Position numbers and translations under genes: made by a program
Shown: positions 1 through 10,526 of the stretch, piece after piece
Layout of the letters: each line of letters begins with the position of its first letter
Numbering within the stretch: the first letter of the stretch is position 1
Notes under the pieces: model-generated
Database searches by the model: none
What the model saw: the letters and a program-made list of their open reading frames with translations, nothing else
Told to the model about the DNA's origin: nothing
Origin: Catajapyx aquilonaris
Taxonomy: Eukaryota
Reading direction: 5' to 3'
Assembly (NCBI GenBank): GCA_000934665.2
Contig: KZ538409.1
Location: 1-64,000 of the forward strand
DNA length: 64,000 nucleotides

Positions 1-516
1 CTTACCACCACCCAAAATACTCCCACCATCGCCCCCACCCCGCCTAATCAGCACCCCCCCCTCCCCCCCACCGATGAAAATTCGAGCACGTGTCATCAGG
101 TCGCGGGAGGAAAGCTCTCGACGGCACTCGCCCAAATCACCTGCTCCTGGCACACTGATTGGCGGGAGAAAAAGTCGCGGACGATTCCATAACAGTCCGA
201 CAATCTTTTTGACCGTGATAGTACACCTTTGCAGGTAGTGTGTGGTAGCCCGAGGGTAGTCCGTGTACGCAAAAAATGTAGTGAATAACCCTTGTCGCAT
301 GTCTGTAGATATTCGCCCTTTCTCCTTACGCTGCTTTTGGATATTCGCTGGGACAACTTTCTTGTACAGGCAGACTGTTCCACATACACATCTACTGTTC
401 CACGTACACATCTGCCGTTTCACGAAAACATGCGGTGGGTGATGACACCATAAGATATGCATTTTCACCGTTTTTTGAAAAATTGCGTATTTGCCCTTTC
501 TCCTTAATGCAGATGA

Positions 517-774
517 TATATCGAGGGTGACAGGTCAGAAGGGCGTAGGAGCCTGTAAGGGAATTTTACATGAGAGGGAAAAAACGTTTCATTATTTCAA
601 TATTCATTATAATTTTGTATCTTTTTTGTGCAGCACACATCTTATCTGCATTGAAACGTGTGTCGCTGCACAAAAAAGTACAAAATTATAATGAATAATG
701 AAATGCTTTCCTCCTCTCATGTATAAGTTCCCTTACAGGCTCGTACGCCCTTCTGACCTTTCAACCTCGATATA
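517..774. mobile_element. Foldback MITE-like element with long imperfect inverted arms
   Basis: tatatcgagggtgacaggtcagaagggcgtaggagcctgtaaggg... is mirrored by ...cccttacaggctcgtacgcccttctgacctttcaacctcgatata. Confidence 0.7.
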
Positions 775-1299
775 ATACACAGTGTTACTCTGCCCAAGTT
801 GATGGTCTCAATAGGGGAGATGGGGGAAAAGTGGATAGATTAGTCACCCTTAGTCAGCATTGAAACTTCAGTCCAGACTTGGGCACAAGGTTTGAGATAT
901 CCTTTGACATTCTGCATATTTTTTTTGTACAGGTGCAACACTCTTGGGAAGTGGATTATTTTTATCTTAAACCATTTACAAAAAAAGAAATCCACAACAA
1001 TTGAAAAAATATGCATGTGCACTTGTTTTCATCGCCAGAGGTGACTAATCCATCAACAGTTTTGTGTCCCCTGTCTACACTGTAAACTGCAAAGCGCCGC
1101 AAAGCATTAAAAGAGCATCACTATTCACTACTGAGTCGCCAGACGTCAGGATCGTGACTCGGAACCTGGCAGTCAACTTCTACAAGCTGGCTGCCACAGT
1201 CACCTTCGTAAACGAGTTTGGGTGGAGGAAGGGCATGCGGGAACACCCCAATCGCGTTTTTCGGGGGTAAGGATCATGATCCCTGTGGCACGTGGGAAT

Positions 1300-1640
1300 G
1301 ACCCTATAGTCACCATACAGTCATGCACTAGTCCCACTGGTTTTTCCTTGCCATTGCAGAAGAAAGTGTCTGGCTGGCTGTGAAGCCAGTGGCGAACAAC
1401 TTGTTTCACTTCGTCTTTGTGGCAGAAGTGTAGGCTGGCCAGGTGCTGCATTGGTCTGAAACACTAAAGAGATGGTATGCAAGCGAGTATGGTTTGGAAG
1501 AAGCACCTGGTCAGTCAACCCTTCTGCAACAACGTGGAAGTGAAATGTGCCGTCTGCCACTGGCTTCTCAGGCAGCCTGACACTTTTTTCTGGTCCTAGT
1601 GGGACAAGTGTGTATGGTGACTATCTTGAAAAGTAGAGAG
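1300..1640. mobile_element. Degenerate mariner-type transposase C-terminal remnants
   Basis: Minus-strand peptide DEVKQVVRHWLHSQPDTFFCNGKEK resembles the mariner transposase C-terminus; similar decayed sequence on + strand near 1560-1635. Confidence 0.55.
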
Positions 1641-1854
1641 AGAGACTTGCCCTTTTATATGTATGTCAGTTTGAGTTTCTGTAGTGAAGCTTTGGAATTT
1701 TAAAAGTTGTGAACTTTGGGATTTGCCCTCATATAATGTGAATCAGATTGCTTCAGCCCAGCCATTACCTGCAATATCTTTGCCAACCTCATGGAACAGG
1801 ACCAGGGACCCCTGGAGGTCTGCAGACCACCTGTTGAAGACGAATGCTCTTGGG

Positions 1855-2110
1855 CAGTGCTTCCCAAATTGTGGGTCGCGACCCCATTTGGGGTCACGAA
1901 AATAATATTTGGGGTCGCGAGGGAGGGTAACAAATTATTTTCACGAAATGATGCTATCTTTCTTGAAAATCATGACCATAAGGTAAGGTCATTTCACTGT
2001 TTACCTCTCTTTTCATGTTGGCGGATCGAAATGTGCATAATATATAGATGTCACAAATTTTACAAGACAATTTTTTTTGGGTCACCAACGAAAGAAATTG
2101 GGAAGCATTG
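1855..2110. mobile_element. hAT-type MITE
   Basis: TIRs cagtgcttcccaa / ttgggaagcattg; near-identical 8-bp flanks ctcttggg / ctctaggg. Confidence 0.75.
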
Positions 2111-3048
2111 CTCTAGGGAAGATAGTTATTGAATATGCCTGTAACGTTATTTATGGATCTTATTGACCTAGCATGTGAAACTGAAGCCCAATGTTTATGC
2201 TTGGAACCAATCTCCTTTCTGTGTTAAACAATGCTGACTTTTTTTGAGTAAGTGTGTAAGGAAGTTGCACCTTGGCTTTGTTTTATGCTAAGCCAGTGGA
2301 ATTAGCTGTTGAAGCGTTCTTGACATTCAAGCAGACAATTGCATTGTCACATATGAAATCGCTACTTTCCATCTTAGAGCCATGCTGGATATGCTGAACT
2401 CTCTTGTAGGTGCTGTGGCATGATGTGAGGTTTTGCCTGTACAGACATGTGCCTAATAGGCCTATGAGAAAGCAAGCAAATAGTGTAAAGTATTAGAAAT
2501 TTGAGGGAAACGTTTCATCTTAATAAGGATTCCCACATTTACACTTTGCTGTCTAACACTTACTTTCTCAAATAAAAGTCAGCACTGACAGCTGAGCTAA
2601 TGCAGAAATATGCCTAACTGTTGATTGTGTTATCAGAGTAAGAGTGTTGTACTTGATGTATAAAGAATTGGCGTACTTAATGCAGATACAGTCAGATGGT
2701 GATGCAGTAGGACATATTCTTGTTGCGTGACAAAAGACTAGTTCAAATGGTCACGAAGAAGTTGCTGGTTGCCTTAATTTAAGATAGTATAACACAGCCA
2801 TGTATTCATTACATCACAACAGCAATTCTTAACTGCTGACATCTAGGGCATGATTAGAAGAGGAGTGTGACATTTTCTGTCATTCAAAAGTATTGTGGAA
2901 GGAACACGGAGAAAATTGATTCCTGTTGCACTTTCATGATTAGTTGTGCAGCCCTTAAAGAGGGAAAATTTGCACTCCAAATAAAAATCTGAATTGAGTG
3001 GGAAAGAATTGGGAGAGAGTATTATGATTGCCTCCTCCCATCTCCCAG

Positions 3049-3389
3049 GTGTGGTGGAAGGCCCTGTGGAGGTGTGGGCTACCCCCATTCCTGCAATCCA
3101 GTCTCCTCACCTCCCACAGCCAACTGCAAGGATCTCTCCTGCAGCTTTACTCCCTTCGCTGCCCCCTCACCTGACACCTCCTGCTCCCCGGCCAACAAGA
3201 GGCGGTACATCTGGTCGGAGCTTGTCCCTTCCTGACAAGGTGAGGCTGATATTCCACCACACCCGGGAGCGGCTGACTGAGAGGAAACTCTCCAGACTGT
3301 ACGGAATCAGTAAGACGCAAGTGCATCGGATACTGCAGTCCAGGGAAAGGATTCTGGCACAGTGGAATGGGGACCAGGAGCACATTTAG
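3049..3389 (+). CDS. Alternative terminal exon 1: Pro-rich linker plus CENP-B/psq-type HTH domain
   Basis: Acceptor cctcctcccatctcccag|GT, phase 1; RSLSLPDKVRLI...TERKLSRLYGISKTQVHRILQSRERIL; stop at 3389; AATAAA at 3727. Confidence 0.8.
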
Positions 3390-4329
3390 TTCACTGGTGA
3401 ACCTAAAGGATATTGACTGGGAAGTTGTTAACTGTTTTATTCAAAAGGTTTATTTTATTGCTGGGAAAAGGCATGTGAGAGGGAAGTTTTGGCTCGTTAT
3501 TGAAAGGTGATTTTAAGTGAAACATATTTTGCAAAGAGCTGAAACATGGCCATATTCAGGCCAGAAGGCAGAGGCAGAATGGTGTCATAGTGGTTATCGC
3601 GACAGCCTTTTGATCCCGAGTCAGACTTGGGAGTTTCTCGTGTGGAAAGTGTTTTGAAGGGTTCTTTCCATGTTCACTTTGGTTTTCTTGGGCTTCTTCC
3701 ATATCCTCCTATCAAAATCAGCAGCCAATAAAGTTGGGGATTTAAAAGAGAATCCCTTAAGAGAACAGAAGCCTATCATGGGGAAACCATATATTGTATT
3801 TGAGCCAGGAGGCTAGTTTTAAATGTGGTTTACTTTGTAAGACAATGAAGCATGTGCCTTAATATTTTAAACAGGGTGTTTGTGTGTGTAAATCCAAAGA
3901 GTTGCTATGCAACAATGCTTTAAAAATGAAGACCAAGCATTCTTCAAATATGTCTTAGTAAACTGACATGTAATTAAAATTATTTAATGATTATTATGGA
4001 AAGGAAATTTTAGCAACCAACTGGATGGTTGAGCTTATGTCGTAATTTGTTAAAAACTGTATTTTGATTCACATTGTGTATATGTATACCTCTTGATTGC
4101 AGTTTTTTGTCAATGTTGTGGAAACAATGTTTTGCACCCTCCATGCATAGACTTTTCAGTGTGAATAAAAAAAAAACATTTCAATTTTGTGATTGTAAAT
4201 AAAATCCAGTGGTTTCTGCAGCGTTCAACTGCTGATGATGAATGCGTCAAATAATTCGGGTGAAGATGAAACTAGAAGTTCTCTTGGTTGCTAGAAAGGT
4301 TTGATTGTCCCATTACTTCATCTTTCCAG

Positions 4330-4421
4330 TCTCACGCGAGGCCGAAAAGGGCAAGTCCAAGTGCAGTAAAGGAGACTCGTCAAAAATGCTAGAAGTTATA
4401 CTTAGCGAAAATGAAATCCCC
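4330..4421 (+). CDS. Cassette 2, small first exon (phase 1 in, phase 0 out)
   Basis: cttcatctttccag|TC...ATCCCC|gtgagtaggac; 92 nt open frame SREAEKGKSKCSKGDSSKMLEVILSENEIP; absent from the ORF track. Confidence 0.65.
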
Positions 4422-4868
4422 GTGAGTAGGACAGTTTTTTTGCACTTTAATTTCTTTTTTTGTTTTGTTTGACTTTTCTTTTATTAAGAACATAATGTAT
4501 TGGAATTGCAAGCTTTCATTTTTTTAAATTTTTTTTTGGGGGCTGTTTTAAATCAGATGGTGATTTTATTTAATTTTCTGTTCCGCCTTGGTTCCAATTT
4601 TATAATTCTGGAAACTTCTATCTTGGGTGACTTAAATTGGTGCTTCATCTCTACTAACCAACAGTTTTTGGTAGCTGGTAGTTGTATTAATCTATAAACA
4701 TACAAAGGGGATTAATAAAATCAGACTCGTTGCCCAATGTTATTGAATGATTAGACTACGGGATGTTTCTTGATACCTTGGTATCGGATTGCTGAGACTT
4801 GATGTAGGAACGTCGGATAATTTTGTGACTCAGTGAGAGGATTATGCTGGCACAGAGTAACACACACA

Positions 4869-5259
4869 CGGTGTTATGCAATAATGGGTCAGCCCACAAA
4901 AATGTCAAAATTGAGTTAAGCCCAGGAACATACACCCAAAGGATAGTACTTCATTCAGTTAAAATCAAGGTGGCGAAATCTGCATACTTCTGCCAGAAAT
5001 GACCGAAAAGTTGACTCATAAATGTTGTGCTTTGATGGTGTTATGCAATAATTTGTAAACCCACAAAAATGTCAAAATTGATCTAAGCCCAGGAACATGT
5101 ACCTAAAGGATCTTCCTTCATTCAGTTATTATCACGCCGCTGAAATCTGCATACTTCTCCCATAAATGACCAAAAAGAACATTGAATTGGTATGGCCTTC
5201 AAAGCTCTTTTTCTCAAACCTGTTCTCATGTGGGTTGACTCATTATTGCATAACACCAT
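4869..5259. mobile_element. MITE with internal tandem duplication
   Basis: TIR ggtgttatgcaataatgggtcagcccaca / tgtgggttgactcattattgcataacacc; left portion repeated from ~5035. Confidence 0.6.
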
Positions 5260-5985
5260 CCATTATAAGGTGGAAATTTAACAAATTTAATTAGTATTAC
5301 TGACCAAGTTCTAGATTGTCTTTATGTAAGCTTATCTTGCTTATTATTACTTAGTACTATTCCACCTAGCCATAATGCAAGTCACTGAGATGCACAAATA
5401 TATAGCTTGTTGGTCCGTGAACAGCGATAAAGGCTAAACAGTAAGTGCATAAATGACAGGTAGGGTTTTATACCACAGCAGCATATTTTTTCAAATAAAA
5501 GTAAGACTTTTAGAAAAAATGTAGTGTAACTTCAGCCTTGTATTAATTATGGTTCAAGGAAGTTGCTGCTGCTTATGGGCTTAAAAATACATGCAAATTT
5601 AAGTAAAAATAATTGCAATTACTCTGTATAGTTATGAGAAAACAACACTTCATCACTGAGAAGGTTGTAACTTTGGTAGAGATCAGCAAGTAAGCTTTCA
5701 TTGTGAGAATGAGGGAAGTGTTAGTAATAGAGTGAACTGCTGGGTCAGAAAAAATACATTCTAAAAATAATATTGTGGACATTGAGGCAAGTTGACAAAG
5801 CGTCAACCAACAGTTTCTGATTTAATTCACATTTGTCATGAACAAGGCCTGAAGCCAGCTTATAGTGGCTGTTCTTTCTTATCATGGGTAAGGTGTCTAA
5901 ACCATGCATGGGATGAAAGATGTAGTACTGGGAAAATAGAAGGGATATTATGGAAAATGGCGCCAAAAGAAACACAATGTTGCAG

Positions 5986-6633
5986 GATGAACAAGAGTTG
6001 AGTGAAGTTGAGGTGGCAGTCCTCTTGACCCCGGGCCCATATGCTACTCTTCGATACCTGCGCCGCTACATCAGTGCCCTGAGAGGTGCCAACCTGTCCC
6101 AGGTGTTTGGCCTTTTTAACAAGCTAGCCGGGAAGGGTTTTGGCACCTGCTTTGCTGTGGAACGCACCCTGGTATTTTTCAAGAAGCCTCCTCTTCAGCT
6201 GAGTGACCAGACCATGGGCCTGATTGAACCCTGGGTGGATGCCTATGAGTCTGCTTTCATGAAGCGGAACAGTGCCATCACCAATCACCAAGATGACAAG
6301 TTGAAGTCGGTGCATCCACATCTCCCACCAGATATGGTTTGGGATCCATTGCCAGTGACACCGGAAGCAAATATGCAGAACAAGCATGGAAGTCAAAATC
6401 AACCAGGGATGCAACATCCTCCCGTGAAGTCAGTTACGAAGCAGATAATCCACTCATCTGCAAAGCAAAGTTCTGGTGTGAAGCAGCAGACAAATTCATT
6501 CGGCATGCACCATTCAATGACCAAGCAAAATCCGATTGCACTCCAACATTTTCCGCCTAAACAAACTCCTCTCTCAATACAAAATGTGTCATCAAAGCAT
6601 GAGGCTAATAGTGATCCTAGGGTCACATTTTGA
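5986..6633 (+). CDS. Cassette 2, terminal exon: uncharacterised ~110-aa domain plus Q/H/K-rich tail
   Basis: Phase-0 acceptor caatgttgcag|GAT matches the phase-0 donor at 4421; EVAVLLTPGPY...KGFG...VERTLVFFKKP...QDDKLKSVHP; paralog at 10161-10526. Confidence 0.75.
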   Translation, partial: DEQELSEVEVAVLLTPGPYATLRYLRRYISALRGANLSQVFGLFNKLAGKGFGTCFAVERTLVFFKKPPLQLSDQTMGLIEPWVDAYESAFMKRNSAITNHQDDKLKSVHPHLPPDMVWDPLPVTPEANMQNKHGSQNQPGMQHPPVKSVTKQIIHSSAKQSSGVKQQTNSFGMHHSMTKQNPIALQHFPPKQTPLSIQNVSSKHEANSDPRVTF

Positions 6634-8054
6634 ATCCAGAGACAACAGATGAGAAGAGTTTGAAGGAAACAACCACATATGCCCACAGTTCTTTGGATTC
6701 GGCACAATGACAAATTAGGCAGGAAAATGTTGGTGATGGATATACAGTTGACTCTAGATATAAGAGACTTCAAGGGACTGTGGAAATCAGTATCCTAGAT
6801 AACAGAGGTTTCTTAAATCCAAATACACAGGGACTTATGAAAGTATGCTGGGACCAGCCTTTCGAGTTGGCTATAACTGAGGGTTGCTTATAGCTGAGGC
6901 TCTTATATCTGGAGTCAATGGTTAATGTTGCAGTGTTAATGTGTGTTGTATAAAATGATAGAACGATGGAAAAGCTTAGAAGTCGCATATGTTAGTTCCA
7001 TTCTGTAAATAGCGGTCCACTGTTGATCATGAAAATGACTTTGATAATCCACATCTAGTGTCACAGCTGTACAAGTGATTTCTGAAATTAACTTATGCAT
7101 CCACATTTTCGAGTGTGTATGGATCCTGTGTCAGTGTTAGTATGTACAAGATGTGGATTTGAAGAGTCTTGAACTGCAGCTGTCCAGTTTTGTAGGATGG
7201 CCCAGGCAGTATTTTCAAGGATTTTAAATCACGTGTTGACAAGCCTGTGTTGACTCCATCACTTCTGGAAAGATACAACTGTGACCGCTCACTTGACAAT
7301 CTATTATATATTAGGCATAATTAGGGTATTCTCCATATCAATATTCACCAGCAATATTGCTTACTAGTGGATATTTCTGCTCTTCATTATGCATCGAAAA
7401 AATATTGCCTTCAAAGATCTTCATTCTTAGGAGCAGATATCATTGATATTAATAAGTGCAATTTGTGGCATCTGTTATGGCTGCAAAACTTTGGCTTCCT
7501 TTATATGTTTAATCATATTGTTTTTTAACGCATTCCAAGTAGCATTTGTAGTGTCATGTGCAATTTGGTTTATTTTGAAACCGCCACTTACTAGGTAGAG
7601 TTAATTTATATTTGTTTTAGAGTGGGTATAGGTGCTATTTTACACAGGCTTGGGGCTTATGAAGTAGTTGTTGAATTGTACATTCCAAAAGAAATGGTTG
7701 ATTTCTGCAACAAAAGGGAAATATTTAGACACTTTTTGGGTCTTCCTATGGATAAGTCTCAACTGTGATACTTGAGAGGAAAATAGCATGGTTTTTAATA
7801 TGCAGGTCTGTACATTTGTATTGGTTTTTCCAAGCCATACTTAAAGTGCCGTTTGTACTTGCAGTGCCTCATGTTACCTTATATAATGTATGTTGTATTT
7901 TTATTATTGCTTGAGGGGCCTCAATGAGATTGGAAAGATTTAAGAAGGAGGAAGTTTTGTACTAGAGTGCATGTTCTGTTCCATTTTTTTTTTTTTGAAC
8001 ACTTGAGGAGGTAATTTTTTTGAGTTTTTTCTATGTTATTCCTCCTCTTTCCAG

Positions 8055-8134
8055 GCGGACTGGATGGTTTGCGAGAATTATTACGGAACATGGGGGATTC
8101 TTGTGACGTTAATATTAACGACGCCAAGATGTCT
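8055..8134 (+). CDS. Cassette 3, small first exon (phase 1 in, phase 0 out)
   Basis: ttcctcctctttccag|GC...ATGTCT|gtgagtaggac; 80 nt open frame GLDGLRELLRNMGDSCDVNINDAKMS; donor context identical to that at 4422. Confidence 0.65.
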
Positions 8135-8887
8135 GTGAGTAGGACTGTAAAATTGCAATGTTTTGGAAAAGAAAACTGCCAAACTTGACTGTTGCTTTCC
8201 AAATAATGTAAAGAAAAAATTTCCTCCTTCACAATTTGAGTTTTTTTGTTGTTGTATTTGGTGGTGGATTAATTTGGGGCAGCAGCTTGCATGCTGGTAG
8301 GATACATGGAGGATAAAATCTGGATGAGACAAGGGCAATAATTGTTGATAACTTAGATTTATTATCAGTGTTGAAATGAACTTGACACATGATTTAGTAT
8401 TGTTTTCCATTACCTGCACTTTTGGTTGCATTGTGTGACTCGATTTATTGATAATGATTTTGGAACAAAACTAAATTTTACATCACAGGTCACCTACCAG
8501 AGAGTAAGGATTTCTCAGATTCCTTGAAAAAATTTAATTCATTGTTGTATGTAAAAATTCATGAAATTTTAGTGCTTTCTAAATGTCATTAGTCAGCATA
8601 TGGATTGTAACCGTTTTGCTTCCGTTGTGCATTTACAATGATTTACTGACTAGCCTTTGTCTAAATTTTTGTTAGGATATGTCTAGATTTGGAATAGGTT
8701 ACACAAAGTCAAATTGGTCAAGTTGCAGCAGATTTCTTTGCTACCCGAAAATTAATCCATTCAACAAAATGATGGCTAAATCGTTTGTTAATGGTAATGA
8801 GTAAATATGATGAGATGGACAAGAAAGTGAACATTTGGTCACATGTGAAGAAAAAGTACAGGAAGTACCCGTTTTACCCCAGTAATT

Positions 8888-9092
8888 TTTTAAAATTTAT
8901 TTATACCCCAATGGGAGAATCGGTGCTCCATTAGGGGGGTAGAGTACCAGTACCACCATTGGATGGGGCCAAGGATAGGGAAGGAAGGAAGCAGCAGTGG
9001 CCTATTATACAGAAACAACCCCGGAATTATCATGGGGGGACCGTGGAAAACCACGGTCAGGGTTGCCGGCCCTGGGATTCGAACCCAGGACT
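8888..9092 (-). mobile_element. 5'-truncated tRNA-derived SINE
   Basis: 17-bp direct repeat GTTTTACCCCAGTAATT at 8871-8887 and 9093-9109; B-box gggttcgaatccc on - strand; similar to the copy at 59718. Confidence 0.75.
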
Positions 9093-9444
9093 GTTTTACC
9101 CCAGTAATTGGTTCCAGCAACACTGCAATGTAAAACGAATCGGTGTAAATCGAGACAAAATAATGTAAGTGAAGGAGATGGGTTCCAAAATTTGCAACAT
9201 TTTTGCACAGATAGTATTAATATTGCTGTTTTTAATGCCCAGTATTTGAACCGTTTAATACACACGTTTAATATGTAAGGTTCTGGGTTGAGGGTCATCA
9301 GGTCCTGAGGGCTCCCTTTGACAAGAAATTCAGCACACGTAGTGTATTGTAACAACAGGTGCAGTGCTTTGGGGTATATATACAGGGTGATCAAACTTTT
9401 TTGTCGTTTTAGTTATTGACAAATTCGGCCTAAGCTGCTTATGT

Positions 9445-9604
9445 TGTAGCGCGTTACCTGGCAACTCCGTCCGACGGGCCAATTCAAACACGAGCATGTG
9501 GAGAGTGCTTCCATTGTTGCCAACAGTGGCAACAATGGAAGCACTCTCCATATGCTCGTGTTTGAATTGGCCCGTCGGACGGAGTTGCCAGGTAATGCGC
9601 TACA
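9445..9604. repeat. Near-perfect ~160-bp palindrome, probably inside a Tc1/mariner-type MITE starting near 9383
   Basis: tgtagcgcgttacctggcaactccgtccgacgggccaattcaaacacgagc... mirrored on the right; tacagggtg terminus upstream. Confidence 0.75.
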
Positions 9605-10160
9605 CTCATGCTTTGTGACAGAAATGTAGAAGTGTTTGGATTGTCTAGTTATTTTCAATTTTGTCATAATTTTAAAATCACGATAAAAAATTTAAAGGTA
9701 ATTTTGAAACTGGTGTTAATGTGAAAACGGCATAAACTGAAGTGGCATAAAATGGGCACTTCCTGTGCAGTATTTGAATCTTCATTGTTCTTGTCTAAAT
9801 AATAATATGATTTCCCAAAAAATATTTGCACATAATCCAGGTAGATTTCCTGGCTATATTTGAAGACCACAATGCAATATGGGCCATCTGTCATTTTTAC
9901 CAAATAGATTTCATGGCATACCATCTTCCATCTGGTGGATACCTATCTGTATAAAATGCAAGAGCTAAAAAGTCACTAGAAGCATTTGAACCAAGCTTCC
10001 AAAATTTCTTTAATTATTATCGGAAACAGAAATAGTTTTATTTGCTTTTTGAACATTTCACTTGGCCCCCTTATTGAATTGCTGTCTTCATTTCCTTCTA
10101 TACACACATGCTTCCAAAAAGCAGAGCTCACAGTCACGTCCACCTGGTGCAACAATGCAG

Positions 10161-10526
10161 GACTCAGGAGATGGAGAATCCAATGGTGGGACTCTGTCCA
10201 GCCTGGAAGTAGCAGTCCTTCTGAGCCCCGGCCCATACGTGACTACCCGCTACCTGCGTACTAACACAACCCGCTTCAAAATGGGGAAGAATGACCGTGT
10301 GGAGAAAGTGTTCAAGCATCTTACCCACAAAGGGTTTGGACAGTACTACAAGGTGGAAAGAACTATGGTATTCTTCAAGAAGCCTATGTGGCGCCTCCAG
10401 GGTCCAACGGCAAAAATGCTTGAGGGAATTTGGGAGTCTTATGCGGAAAAATTTGAGGCAGTCAACCACAGGATCTCAGTACAGCAGGATGGAAAGCTCA
10501 AGGCCATACATCCATTCCTTCCATAA
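10161..10526 (+). CDS. Cassette 3, terminal exon: second copy of the uncharacterised ~110-aa domain
   Basis: Phase-0 acceptor caacaatgcag|GAC (alternative gcag|AGC at 10125); about 50/110 identities, ungapped, to the 5986 exon by manual count. Confidence 0.75.
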   Translation, partial: DSGDGESNGGTLSSLEVAVLLSPGPYVTTRYLRTNTTRFKMGKNDRVEKVFKHLTHKGFGQYYKVERTMVFFKKPMWRLQGPTAKMLEGIWESYAEKFEAVNHRISVQQDGKLKAIHPFLP

